Below, piece after piece: positions 10,293 through 20,094 of a stretch of 47,140 nucleotides of DNA. Source of the DNA: Candidatus Levyibacteriota bacterium (GTDB lineage: Bacteria > Patescibacteriota > Microgenomatia > Levybacterales > UBA12049); the NCBI GenBank assembly GCA_016214555.1, contig JACROF010000008.1:1-47140 (forward strand), written 5' to 3'. How positions within the stretch are numbered: position 1 is the first letter of the stretch; each line of letters begins with the position of its first letter. The notes below the pieces were generated by a model. The model saw nothing but the letters and a program-made list of their open reading frames with translations. It was not told the origin of the DNA and made no database searches. The position numbers and the translations under genes were made by a program.

Positions 10293-12401
10293 TTAATTTA
10301 TGGAATAAATCGTTGCTTTTTCATCGTCATATACTTTCTCAAAAGGCTCTTTAAGAGGAATAATCTCATTTCCTTCAGGTTCGTATCGATACCAAACAGA
10401 ATAAGCAGTTTGTCTTACTAATGTTTTGGAGAAGATGGTGATCTCCGATCCTGCTTCAACAGCGATCTTGATTGTTTGTTTTGGTATTAACTCGCGAGAA
10501 TAGGCGTCTGGTCCTGGAACAAATTCGTATTTTTCCTCAAGAGGACTGTTGTTAAGAGATATGGAAAAATCAGCTTGCTGAGAGGGGGCGAAATATGCTC
10601 CATCAAGATAGAAGACTCCTTTACTTGGGAAATAAAGTGAGACCTTTGGTTTTGCTTCCAAAATGGTGTCTTGAAGTTGTTGTTGGCCTGTATTTTTGGT
10701 TGATGAGAGAGAGTATGTTTGTTCAAAAAACGTTGCAAGTCTTTGGCGAACGTTGGTGCAGATTGTATGATAAAACTTATCATCTTTATGGACAACAACC
10801 GTCTTAATATTATTGTCTCGAAGTAGCGTGTGAAGTTGTTGGTTAATCACGGTTTGAAATTCTTGTTCAGTCTTAGAGGTAAGAACGGGATCGTTCTCTG
10901 AGCAGCTAAAGAGAGAGAGGTACGAATCATGGAATAAAAAGCTTTGCTCGCGAGTCCCATCTGCTGACCAATGGATGTAGCCATTAACAATGGGTTTGTC
11001 ATAATAGATCGAGAGCATGTTATATCTTCCGTAGTAGGGATTGATAGGAATATCAAGAACCGCATTGCCATCTAGCCCTTTCACTATTGTAGTATATTTG
11101 TCATGAAGTGAAGGAGAAAGAGGAAAGGCAACAGTTGCCCTTTCAAGCATAAGGGTAGTAATAATAAGCAGAAGAAGTATTTTTTTATTATTAAAACGTA
11201 ATTTTTGGAGAAAAAGCACTCCAGCAATACTCATAATAAAAAGGGAAATTACCGCAAATCGTCCAGCCTCAGCGATGCCGGTGAAAGGAAAGATATGAGA
11301 AAGAAAGCGGTAAGGAAGAAGAAAAAAATGATTGTAGTCACCATACCCAAGAGATAGAAGAAAAGGGAAAAGAAATGCCAGGCCAAGGAATAGTTTGAGC
11401 TTTCTTGCATGCGAGGTAACAAAAAAAAGTAGCATTAAAACAAGTTCAATGTAGCCAAAAAAGACCACTTTTTCTATTGAGGAATCACTTAAGCTGTGAG
11501 GAAATGGAAGGAGGAGAAATGAAGTAAGGTAGGAGTTGGGGAGAAAAAAATCAGTAATTGACGGAGTTGCATGCTTGAGCACTTCAGCCCGCGCAAAAAA
11601 TATAAAGTTGCCTGACAGAAGCGCTGAGAGCTGAGCGTTAAAAAGTAGTAAGAACGCAGTAAGACTACAAACGATAAGAGTAAGCCATGTCGTAAAGTGC
11701 TTACTGAATTTCTCTTTTAGCATTGCTATATCGCTTCGATACAAAAGGAGATAGAGAATTGCTATCCAGATCAGCTGAATGCCTATCATGATGATGTACT
11801 GCATAGCGCCAAGAAGGATAGCAGCAATGGTTATAGCATAAAGTGTGAGTGATTTTTTGGAGGTTGGCATATCAGATCTGATGCGGAGTATAGATAGGCC
11901 TATGAGGGGAACGGCTCCAATAAAGATAAGATTGGCATGCGACCCTGCCTTGGAGAGAACATAAAAAGAAAATCCATACATGATTGCACCTATTATGCCA
12001 AGCGTTGTGTTATCAGAAATTTTTCTAAAAAAATAATAGGAGGTAACACCGTTGAGGAGTAAAAGAAGGTAAATCACTAGGTTGTAAGAGAAGGGCATAG
12101 GAAGAACAGTGCTCAAAATTCCTCCCAAGCCAATTGCCAGATAAGAATCAAAGGCTCGCGAAAAGTCAAAGCCTATGGGGTATCGCCAGAAGTTGGTATG
12201 GACTAAAGGGTTTTGGCCTTCTCTGAGAGATTTTCCAACGAATGCTTGGTATCCAGCTTGCTGGTAATTATCCCATCCGTCTCCAATAAATGAGCTTCCT
12301 ACGTGAAGGATGCTTGGAAAAGTTAGAATAAGCGTAAAAAGTAGACTTATACCTATTATTTTTAACCACGACATAGTAGTTTTATGATACCAGGATCTCA
12401 A
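10293..12401 (-). CDS. Polytopic membrane protein, putative GT-C glycosyltransferase
   Basis: 702 aa, many TM helices, coupled to neighbours in the operon. Confidence 0.6.
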   Translation of the reverse strand: MRSWYHKTTMSWLKIIGISLLFTLILTFPSILHVGSSFIGDGWDNYQQAGYQAFVGKSLREGQNPLVHTNFWRYPIGFDFSRAFDSYLAIGLGGILSTVLPMPFSYNLVIYLLLLLNGVTSYYFFRKISDNTTLGIIGAIMYGFSFYVLSKAGSHANLIFIGAVPLIGLSILRIRSDMPTSKKSLTLYAITIAAILLGAMQYIIMIGIQLIWIAILYLLLYRSDIAMLKEKFSKHFTTWLTLIVCSLTAFLLLFNAQLSALLSGNFIFFARAEVLKHATPSITDFFLPNSYLTSFLLLPFPHSLSDSSIEKVVFFGYIELVLMLLFFVTSHARKLKLFLGLAFLFPFLLSLGYGDYNHFFLLPYRFLSHIFPFTGIAEAGRFAVISLFIMSIAGVLFLQKLRFNNKKILLLLIITTLMLERATVAFPLSPSLHDKYTTIVKGLDGNAVLDIPINPYYGRYNMLSIYYDKPIVNGYIHWSADGTREQSFLFHDSYLSLFSCSENDPVLTSKTEQEFQTVINQQLHTLLRDNNIKTVVVHKDDKFYHTICTNVRQRLATFFEQTYSLSSTKNTGQQQLQDTILEAKPKVSLYFPSKGVFYLDGAYFAPSQQADFSISLNNSPLEEKYEFVPGPDAYSRELIPKQTIKIAVEAGSEITIFSKTLVRQTAYSVWYRYEPEGNEIIPLKEPFEKVYDDEKATIYSIN

Positions 12402-13620
12402 GATAGTGATCAGCGATAGTATTCCATAAGCGTTTCTCTTGAAGCCGTGAAGAAAGCTGTTGTAACTTTTGCAGCTTTACTGTATCAGATAGTGTGATAT
12501 CGATGATTGATGCTGCTTGTTTTTGTAAAGGGAAAACAAGATCATGCATGAAAAGGTTTTCTTTTTGGAGCGCATCTGCAAAATCCCAAGTTAAAGCAAG
12601 ATCTGAAAGTTTGTCAGAGAGGAGAAAGGGCGTGCTAAGAGAGAATGTGAAAGAAAGAGGTCCGCTTGATGCCATGAGGGTCCGATAGGGAAAAAGAGTA
12701 AGGTCACAAGCCTTGAAATAAAGAGGGAGATTTTTTTCGTCAACAAATCCCGTTATATGAATATTGTCACTTCGTTTTGCCTCCACATCTGCAATATATT
12801 TTTGGTAAAAAGGCTTTGAGAGATGATTGTTGTTTGGTCCACCTGCTATAACAAGAACAGTATCAGACAATGCATCAACTGAGGCAAATAGGGAGGCTAT
12901 CCAGTCTGACCCTTTGTACCATGCTAAAAAACCAAAGCACAAAACAATTTTTTTATTGAGGGGAAGGCCGAGTTTTTTTCGTGCCTCAGACTGAGAGAGA
13001 GAAAGATGTATTTTTTCAACACCATGGGGGATCACAACGATATGGGACTTATTCCCAAGTCGTTTTTTAAATATTTCTTCAAAAACAATTACTCTCGTAC
13101 TTACACTAGTTATCATGTGGTAAAAAGCTTGAAAAAGAAGCGTGTATAGCGTTGTCTTGAGGCTTTTTTGTGGGATATTAAGATGGCCACTCATTGATGA
13201 AGCATCAGTTATTACCTGATGCAAGACAACATGAAGCCTTTTGCCTCTAAGTTTGATTCCTATGAGAAAAAGAGGGAGAGGTAAAAGATAGAGAAGTGAT
13301 CCAAACATCGAAAACTCGAAAGTAAAAAGGATGTCTTTTGTCTTAGAGCTTTTAATGCTTTTCCAAAGACGCCAGAAAGCCAGAAGATTGTTTTTTTTCC
13401 AGACGCGCTCTACTTTGATTTCTTCATCAAGGTAGGATGTTTTTTCATCAAGTTTTTCAGCAAGAACGGTAATGTCGGCAGTAATGTTTTGTTTTTTTGC
13501 TTGCCTTACAAGAGAGAGAAGAGTATTTTTGGTATAGCTTCCACCACCAACGATTGCTTTATCATGAATAGTACCAAAGGGAGGGTAGCTCCCAATGACT
13601 AAGAGGTTGAGATCTTTCAT
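12382..13620 (-). CDS. GT4 (group 1) glycosyltransferase
   Basis: VIPHG, FGFLAWYKG and DLTLFPY...SSGPL motifs. Confidence 0.85.
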   Translation of the reverse strand: MKDLNLLVIGSYPPFGTIHDKAIVGGGSYTKNTLLSLVRQAKKQNITADITVLAEKLDEKTSYLDEEIKVERVWKKNNLLAFWRLWKSIKSSKTKDILFTFEFSMFGSLLYLLPLPLFLIGIKLRGKRLHVVLHQVITDASSMSGHLNIPQKSLKTTLYTLLFQAFYHMITSVSTRVIVFEEIFKKRLGNKSHIVVIPHGVEKIHLSLSQSEARKKLGLPLNKKIVLCFGFLAWYKGSDWIASLFASVDALSDTVLVIAGGPNNNHLSKPFYQKYIADVEAKRSDNIHITGFVDEKNLPLYFKACDLTLFPYRTLMASSGPLSFTFSLSTPFLLSDKLSDLALTWDFADALQKENLFMHDLVFPLQKQAASIIDITLSDTVKLQKLQQLSSRLQEKRLWNTIADHYLEILVS

Positions 13621-13628
13621 AGCTACTC

Positions 13629-14414
13629 TTATTTTGCACCCATTACGCGCGTTTGAAAACGGGTAAGAAGAGAAAGGGGAGTAAAGACGATACTTTTTGA
13701 GAGCGAATGAACATACATGATGGTCCCGATTTCAAGAAGCGTTGAAGGAACAGCTTTAAAAAGCGACACTTTGGTCCTTTTATCATCAGACCATGCGACA
13801 GGCACCTCAACAGTCGAGAATTTATTTTTTGCTGCAAGGTATAAAATTTCTGCATCATAGCCCCATCCATTAATAGCACTTTGAGGGAAAATGCTCTGGA
13901 CTGCTTTTTTTGAGAACGCTTTAAAGCCGCAGGTAAAATCGGTTACGTTACTTCTTAATAGTATTCTTGTTACTTTGGTAAATCCTCTCCCCATCATTTC
14001 ACGGATAAGTGGTTGGTGAACAATAACGGTTGAGTGACCATTTTTTCTTGTTCCGATAATAACGTCTGTTCCTCTCTCCATAAATGGAAGGAGTTTAACA
14101 AGCTGTGTGAGGGGCGTTGACATATCAGCGTCAAAAAAGAGCGTGTAGTCAGCGTTAGATTCAAGCATGCCTTGTCTTATGGCAAAACCCTTTCCTTTGT
14201 TAGTCTTGTAGGTCACAAGTTTGATATCAAAGCTTTTTTTAAGAGGAGATTTTTTGATAAGCGAGACTGTTTTATCAGTTGATCCGTCATTGACAAAGAT
14301 GACCTGGTTAAGTTTGAGGCCACGTGGAAGTACTAACTCTTCAAGAGCAGTAAATGTTTTATCCAGTCTTTTTTCCTCGTTATAGACGGGAATGACAAAT
14401 GAAATTGTTTTCAT
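13629..14414 (-). CDS. GT2 dolichyl-phosphate beta-glucosyltransferase-like
   Basis: VIPVYNEE, VNDGSTD, NKGKGFAIRQG, FFDADMS, DFTCGFKAF. Confidence 0.9.
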   Translation of the reverse strand: MKTISFVIPVYNEEKRLDKTFTALEELVLPRGLKLNQVIFVNDGSTDKTVSLIKKSPLKKSFDIKLVTYKTNKGKGFAIRQGMLESNADYTLFFDADMSTPLTQLVKLLPFMERGTDVIIGTRKNGHSTVIVHQPLIREMMGRGFTKVTRILLRSNVTDFTCGFKAFSKKAVQSIFPQSAINGWGYDAEILYLAAKNKFSTVEVPVAWSDDKRTKVSLFKAVPSTLLEIGTIMYVHSLSKSIVFTPLSLLTRFQTRVMGAK

Positions 14415-14425
14415 AGTTTTATGTT

Positions 14426-14477
14426 CCGTTTCGGCCTTTCAGGCCTCATCAGGCCCCGATGGACATCGGGACGACGG
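14426..14477 (-). ncRNA. Type III hammerhead ribozyme HHR1 (GUC; cut between 14473 and 14472)
   Basis: Minus strand: ccgUC|gucccgaug-uc-caucggggc CUGAUGA G-gccugaaaggc-C GAAA cgg; complete core and three stems. Confidence 0.9.
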
Positions 14478-14609
14478 GATCAGGGATGGCATAAGCCATT
14501 TCGCTTGTCAGCGTCTCCCGCACCCACTTTTTCCACCGCAATTGGTGGTGAAGTGGGCGCGGTCAACTAGTGACCGCGCCCTCATGATACTATTCAGTTG
14601 TTCCCGACT

Positions 14610-15233
14610 CTATTGAAGTCGGAAGGTCGCCTCGCAAACCTGCGGAAGCGTTGCAGGGCCAGTGACCTCGGACGCATTGAAGCAGTCCCAGACCTGGCCA
14701 TTCACGCCTGCTGGAATGGAGAGACTGACGGGCGAGCCCGTCTTGAGATGGACCCCCTTGGGGTTCATCACGCCATTTGCCTCCTTGAGGCCTTCGAATC
14801 GGCCTTCGCAGGGTCCAGCCGTGCACCAAGCTTGCGCCTGATCTGCGGTGAGGATCTGCGGAGCGCCCGAGCCGTTACTCGTGATCGTGGTCGTCGTATT
14901 GATCGTCGACTGACTCTGAATCACGGTGCTTCCGGCATTGCTGTCGGTAGTGCCACCAGTGGTAGTCTGTCCGACGGTCGCACCAGACGTGTTGGAAGCA
15001 GCCTGCTGGCTGCTTCCGCCCGTGGGTTCATTGCTGTCACCAGTGACCGGCTCTTCGCCGGTCTTGGCCGCTATCAACTTATCGAGAGCGTTTCCAACGC
15101 CTCCCCAGTTGGTGATGCGGGCGTTACTGTCCATGCTGAACAGCCCACCATCGAAAGTCTGCACCAGGCCTGTGAAGACCATGAGTGCAACGACGATGAC
15201 TGTGACCCATCCGAGACCTTTCTTGATGTCCAC
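14610..15233 (-). CDS. Secreted/membrane-anchored protein with S/T-rich linker and Cys-containing C-terminal domain
   Basis: N-terminal TM, GTG start with AAAGGA SD; C-terminal domain resembles that of 17692..18546. Confidence 0.75.
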   Translation of the reverse strand: MDIKKGLGWVTVIVVALMVFTGLVQTFDGGLFSMDSNARITNWGGVGNALDKLIAAKTGEEPVTGDSNEPTGGSSQQAASNTSGATVGQTTTGGTTDSNAGSTVIQSQSTINTTTTITSNGSGAPQILTADQAQAWCTAGPCEGRFEGLKEANGVMNPKGVHLKTGSPVSLSIPAGVNGQVWDCFNASEVTGPATLPQVCEATFRLQ

Positions 15234-15294
15234 GAGAGATTTCCTTTCGTTGTTTTCTAAGCACGCTAGCTGCGCACTTTAAGAAAGAACAAGC

Positions 15295-16989
15295 CTATGA
15301 GTCAAGTGGTGGGGTGTTGTTGTCCCATGCCTTTTTGAGGCGCCACTTGATTCGTTCGCCAAGCGTGGCGGATTTGACCGGAGGCGAAGAGGGCTTCTGG
15401 GCCTCCTTCACAGTATCCGTCTCTCTCGAGCGAGGTCGTGCGAGTGTTTCCATCACTCTTTCGTCGGATTCTTCATCCAGAACGAAGGGGCGTGAAGGAA
15501 TCTGCTCGAGCATCCTTCCCACAGTTCTGTCGTCCAGAGTAGGGGGTGATGGAGCAGGCGTTTCTTGAGGCTTTGGGCCTCTTGAGACATAGACGGTGAT
15601 GTCTTCTCTCAGAAGACCACGGACGTAGGATATGACCTCGCCTCGTGGTATCAATTGAGAGAATTGACGTTGAACCGTTGCATTCCAGCCGTGACGCTCG
15701 AGATACTCAAGCGCTTTCAGCTCATCCATGCCGACGATATTGTCCAGATTGCCAGTTGGCTCCGGATCGTCAACGAAGATACGAGCTGGCCTGTCACCGA
15801 CCATATTTGGCCTTGTGAGCCAGTCAGGTAGACGCGTGGCGGGAGTCTCCTCAGAATTTCCCGATCCGTCTGGATCGGAATCATCGAGAAGATTATCCCA
15901 CGGGTTGGTGGCGGGTGCAGTTTGAACACCGACTATCAGGACAGCCTGTCCTGGTTCTTCGCCGAGTTCAGCGCTCAGGACTTTGCCGTCATTTTCTGTT
16001 GAGCTTTCGCTTCCTAGAGAGGTGACGGTCCATCTTCGATCTTCGAGATACTGCGTTGCGCCCGCTTCCGTCATGGAAACGACCGTTTTTAGATCTCTTG
16101 GATCAAATTGTGGCTCCGGTTTTGCAACCGTTACCACGTGTGCCTCGCCTGTGTCGGGCGGCTGGAAGGGAAAGATTGGATCTCCTCCTCCCAGTGGAAC
16201 GATGACTGGCTCCGGCGTTGCCGGAGCTGTAGCAGGTGTTGCCATGTCGCTTTCATCTCCTTGGGGTGCTTGTGGCACCCAGCGTTCAATGAATGTGTCA
16301 TAGTGACGATCGAACTCGTGGTTGACGAGCTCTTCCTCAGAGAGAAAAAGCCAGTTTGAACACGAGGGAAAGTCACATCGCCAGGTCTGGACAGTGGGGT
16401 GGTCCGCGATCACGTGAGCATTACGGCCCTTGTAATCTTTGAACATTCTCCAACATCCGTGAATGCGACACCGCAAGCGGTGCGATCCGACCTGGTCCTT
16501 GGTGATGCCGTGGTTGTTTTTGAGGTGCGTATCCTCGAAGTCCGGGTGGAATTCGATTTTGCATCCTTCAACACGACATTTCATCTTGGACGGTGGAGCA
16601 GGAGGTGGCGGATCAGGAGCTCTCTTGTCCGGCGGATTGCTCTCACCGGGGAAAAGATCGCTCAGATCAACCATGTGTTGAGCAGCAAGCTCGCGAAGTT
16701 TTTCCAGCGACAGTGTTGCCGACGGTTTGACTTCGTTACGAGTTCCTTGCCTGATTCGCTCACGAATGAGCGAACGCTTGTCCTGCTTTGCCACAGGGGT
16801 ATCTTCCAACGCTTTCGCGTTGGGGTCAATGTCTGTGACGTCCACATTGAGTGAGGCTGCGGTGACGATGAGCGTTTCAAGACTCATCGCTTCGAGGATT
16901 GCCTCATTTGCCTCGGGGTCTTTCGCGCAAATTCGCGCGATAACCTCGCTTTTGGTTTTCTGATACTGTTCATCGTGACGAGCAGCCAT
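15295..16989 (-). CDS. Hypothetical 564-aa protein with three C2H2-type zinc fingers and two PASTA-like repeats
   Basis: ATG at 16989 follows an AAAGGAGG SD; C-x4-C...H-x4-H three times; 'NIVGMDELKALEYLERHGW...PRGEVIS...ITVYVSRGP'. Confidence 0.7.
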   Translation of the reverse strand: MAARHDEQYQKTKSEVIARICAKDPEANEAILEAMSLETLIVTAASLNVDVTDIDPNAKALEDTPVAKQDKRSLIRERIRQGTRNEVKPSATLSLEKLRELAAQHMVDLSDLFPGESNPPDKRAPDPPPPAPPSKMKCRVEGCKIEFHPDFEDTHLKNNHGITKDQVGSHRLRCRIHGCWRMFKDYKGRNAHVIADHPTVQTWRCDFPSCSNWLFLSEEELVNHEFDRHYDTFIERWVPQAPQGDESDMATPATAPATPEPVIVPLGGGDPIFPFQPPDTGEAHVVTVAKPEPQFDPRDLKTVVSMTEAGATQYLEDRRWTVTSLGSESSTENDGKVLSAELGEEPGQAVLIVGVQTAPATNPWDNLLDDSDPDGSGNSEETPATRLPDWLTRPNMVGDRPARIFVDDPEPTGNLDNIVGMDELKALEYLERHGWNATVQRQFSQLIPRGEVISYVRGLLREDITVYVSRGPKPQETPAPSPPTLDDRTVGRMLEQIPSRPFVLDEESDERVMETLARPRSRETDTVKEAQKPSSPPVKSATLGERIKWRLKKAWDNNTPPLDS

Positions 16990-17487
16990 GCTGCCTCCTT
17001 TTTGATAAGTGCGAACGCACGAAAATTCGTGCGTAAAACTATAGCAGGAAGAAAGATGACATAACTCTGGATGATACTGCGACATGCAGTGATATTCCAA
17101 GAGCCGAAAACAATCCAGCTTTGCTGGACTCTATTCGACTCTTGGGTTGAATAGTATATGAGGTAGTAAAGATTTCTCTTTACACCCTGATCTGTTAATG
17201 TGCGTTATTTGTTTTGTTTTATCCACCTGATCTTACTTCAAAGCTTTTCAGCCCGCCTAGCCGGCGAGGCTGGAACTATTCGTTCACGCTTTGAAGAGCG
17301 ATTATCGGCGGATTGTATACTTTTGAAAAATTAACTTAATAATTTTTGTATACAAAAAAAAACCGGCCTTACGGTCGGGGAGAATAGCTGGCAGCTGTAT
17401 ATTGGTCTTGTCTATGGGTGCAGTCCAACTATTTTCTCCAACCCTCCGATGTAATTTCGGAGTTGTGTTCATACACAAGTAGGGAGA

Positions 17488-17516
17488 AGTATAGCAAATA
17501 TTATAGGATATGTCAA
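17488..17516 (-). promoter_or_regulatory. sigma70-type promoter with CCTATA motif in spacer
   Basis: TTGACA-tatcctataatatttgc-TATACT (17-bp spacer). Confidence 0.7.
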
Positions 17517-17567
17517 GCTGACTGAGGCTGTATCTAGCCTCGAAGTGTTATCACTCCTATAGGGTGT

Positions 17568-17632
17568 GTCATTTCGCCCGCCCTCGTAATAGCAAGGTCG
17601 AGGCTCATCAGGTCGCCTAAGGCGACGATGAC
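17568..17632 (-). ncRNA. Type III hammerhead ribozyme HHR2 (AUC; cut between 17627 and 17626)
   Basis: gucaUC|gucgcc-uua-ggcgac CUGAUGA G...C GAAA ugac; stem III co-varies relative to the other copies. Confidence 0.9.
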
Positions 17633-17691
17633 CTGCAATAAGGTCTAGATTGAGTGTGAGGCCTGGCAGAGCCAGGCCTCACATATGGGGA

Positions 17692-18546
17692 TCACGACGA
17701 TCTCGTCGCGATCTTGCGGATACTTCCTTCGCAGGCGTTGGCGACCATGGTCGCGGTCTGACCGGTCACGGTGGCGGTTCCGTCCCAGATCTCAAACGTA
17801 TACCCGTCGGGCACGTTCATTTGGAAACAGGAGTCACCAGCCTTGAGCTTGACGCCGGCCGGATTGGGATTTCCATCCGACTCGACGAGCTGCTCGAGGC
17901 GACCGCTGCAGTCTGGCGTACACCACGAAGCGACAGTCGTCACGTTGAGGGTGTTGCCGCTGCCGGTATCCGTGGCTCCGTTCGTGCCGCCTTCGGTCGT
18001 ACCGGAGAGGGGTGCAGCCAGGAGCGTTCCGTCACCGCAGGTCGCGGGATCGGAGGTGAGCACGGGTCGGTAGTAGACGTCGAACTGCGGATCGCGGGCT
18101 CGCGTGTTATTGGGATAATCGGCCCACTTGCCGAATTCGACTTCCTTGGGGTAGAGAGCACATACGTCCCAGACGGCGTCGCCGGCGGGGAAGGATGGCT
18201 TGTACCTGAAGGTACCGCCGTCACCCATGACGGTCTGGCCGTTGCCATTTTGGACGGTAACGGGGAGGTCGCCCCCCTCGTCGATCGTGCAAACGAAGTC
18301 TGCCGGGCACGTGAGCTGTACGTCGTTTGGCGCGCTGCGCCAGGTCCACGTACAGGGTTCGGTACCGAGAAAGACCACGTTCTGGCCGATCGCGGCCTGA
18401 GCCCAGCTGTCAGCTGGACACGTCACCGGCGATGCCGGGGGCGTTGAGGTGTCCTGTGCTTGAGCCGAACTGAATCCGGCCATGCCGAGTGCGATCGCAA
18501 CGATTGCGATCAAGAAAACGAACCGTGGAATCTTCTTGTTTCCCAT
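17692..18546 (-). CDS. Secreted Cys-containing protein, 284 aa
   Basis: AAGGAGG SD before MGNKK; signal peptide ending AQA; C-terminal domain shared with 14610..15233. Confidence 0.8.
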   Translation of the reverse strand: MGNKKIPRFVFLIAIVAIALGMAGFSSAQAQDTSTPPASPVTCPADSWAQAAIGQNVVFLGTEPCTWTWRSAPNDVQLTCPADFVCTIDEGGDLPVTVQNGNGQTVMGDGGTFRYKPSFPAGDAVWDVCALYPKEVEFGKWADYPNNTRARDPQFDVYYRPVLTSDPATCGDGTLLAAPLSGTTEGGTNGATDTGSGNTLNVTTVASWCTPDCSGRLEQLVESDGNPNPAGVKLKAGDSCFQMNVPDGYTFEIWDGTATVTGQTATMVANACEGSIRKIATRSS

Positions 18547-18947
18547 TGATGCCCTCCTTGGGCTTGTGTCCCTTGCGGGACTCGACGAAGAAAAACGAAA
18601 AGTTGATCGATGCGCACCTCCTTTGTGTGCTTGATATATCCGAAAGGAAATAACAAGTAGTACACTCAATGAATGCATCCGACCTCCACGAGTTGTGAAG
18701 ATACCGGAAAACGCGCACTGTAGAGGCATAGTATTCCTGCCCTAAACGCTATACATGCAGTACGCGATTTCCGGTATCTTATAAAGACCTTATTGCAGTT
18801 GTTAAGGTTCGATTTATCTGATAATTCTCACAAAATGAGAACAATAAGATATCCAGTCATAAAACTATGAGTGGGGAAAAGAGCAGAAAGAGGGGATTGC
18901 GAGGAGGTGCTTTCAGTGCGCTTTTCTCCAGCCATATTGTAAAAGGC

Positions 18948-19712
18948 TTAGCTTGTCTTTCGACGAAGGATAAGTCCGCCAATACTTGATGGGATAAGTG
19001 CAAAAAGAGCTAGCATCTCAGCTCCAGTTTTTGGAGTTGCTTTAGCATTAGGTGAAGGATAAACAACCTGTCCGCCCTTAGTCATGGTACTAGTCGTACC
19101 AAGGGTTGGTTTTTGAATACAAACCTGTGCATTGTCTTGATTTTGTACGTTATTAACAGCTACAAAAGACTGATTGGTTTCACAAAGGATTCCTTGATCA
19201 GCAGGAAGATCTGATGCCTGAGCAATTTTTGCGTTAAGAGTGAATGTCTTAGATTCATTTACTTTAAAGTCTCCAGCATTGAAGGTGAGCGTTTTAGTAC
19301 TATTGTCATACGAGCCACCTGAGATACCAGATACATAGGTAAGATGAGATGGGAGTACATCGGTGACACTTACATTTGATAGAGCCTGATCTGAAGTATT
19401 TGTTACTTTGAGCTGAAATGAAACGGTGTCATTTGGAGCGTATTTAGGATCATTGATTGTAAGGTTGTCAACGAATTGTCCTGATTGAGGATTTTTAACA
19501 GATTTATCAATAAGGATTTTTGTGGTAACACAGTTAGTTCCGCCACCATAGGTAGGCTCACAAGTAGTTGTGCCGTAGCCACCAGTGTTGTTATTGGTTG
19601 TTGAGAGAACTGCTTGAGTTGGAGTAGGAGTTACATTCCCTGATGCAAATGCAGGAACAGTAACGATACTTCCAAGAATAAGTGCAGATGTTATAGCGAT
19701 AGTTTTATTCAT
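18948..19712 (-). CDS. Secreted DUF11-type domain protein with C-terminal TPKTG-TM-RRK anchor
   Basis: Signal peptide; 'VSFQLKVTN...NVSVTDVLP' motif; sortase-like C-terminal signal; AT-rich host-like composition. Confidence 0.75.
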   Translation of the reverse strand: MNKTIAITSALILGSIVTVPAFASGNVTPTPTQAVLSTTNNNTGGYGTTTCEPTYGGGTNCVTTKILIDKSVKNPQSGQFVDNLTINDPKYAPNDTVSFQLKVTNTSDQALSNVSVTDVLPSHLTYVSGISGGSYDNSTKTLTFNAGDFKVNESKTFTLNAKIAQASDLPADQGILCETNQSFVAVNNVQNQDNAQVCIQKPTLGTTSTMTKGGQVVYPSPNAKATPKTGAEMLALFALIPSSIGGLILRRKTS

Positions 19713-19753
19713 ATCTTTTAGAGCAAAAATTTTGCCTCAAAATTGATCTGTGA

Positions 19754-19782
19754 ACTATATCATATCTTATAGGATATGTCAA
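19754..19782 (-). promoter_or_regulatory. sigma70-type promoter with CCTATAAG in spacer
   Basis: TTGACA-tatcctataagatatga-TATAGT. Confidence 0.7.
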
Positions 19783-19944
19783 GCATTTTAATACTTAGGC
19801 ATTTCGTGAACTTCCTCGAAGTGGCAGTGCGAGGAGCACAAAGGGCAAGGCAGCCACAAAACTTAATAGTTTTGTGCTTTTATAGTTCGTATTTTTCCGA
19901 GTTCTTTTTCTCATAGTTTTTTCTTATTGTCAAGTGTTTTAGTG

Positions 19945-19967
19945 TTTTAGGGGTGAAACCCCTAAAA
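19945..19967. repeat. REP-like palindrome, dispersed copy
   Basis: TTTTAGGGGTGAAACCCCTAAAA; same core as the copies flanking the transposase at 40854..41501. Confidence 0.8.
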
Positions 19968-20094
19968 GTTTAATATAATTGCCGAATTCTGATGAGGAGA
20001 TTTCCTCAGCAAAATATGGCAAGGCACTCAAGAGTGGGGAGAGAATGAACCTTGCCATATAATTGCAGCGCATGCTGCGAGATGGAAGAGGTAA

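Noticed and set aside
14501..14513. CGCTGACAAGCG hairpin resembling phage P22 boxB
   Set aside because: Single short match, located in a trailer rather than next to a boxA; likely chance.
19989..20015. CTGATGAG plus hairpin on the plus strand, possible hammerhead
   Set aside because: No GAAA after stem II and no stem I/III or NUH; better explained as a plain hairpin after the trailer at 20020.
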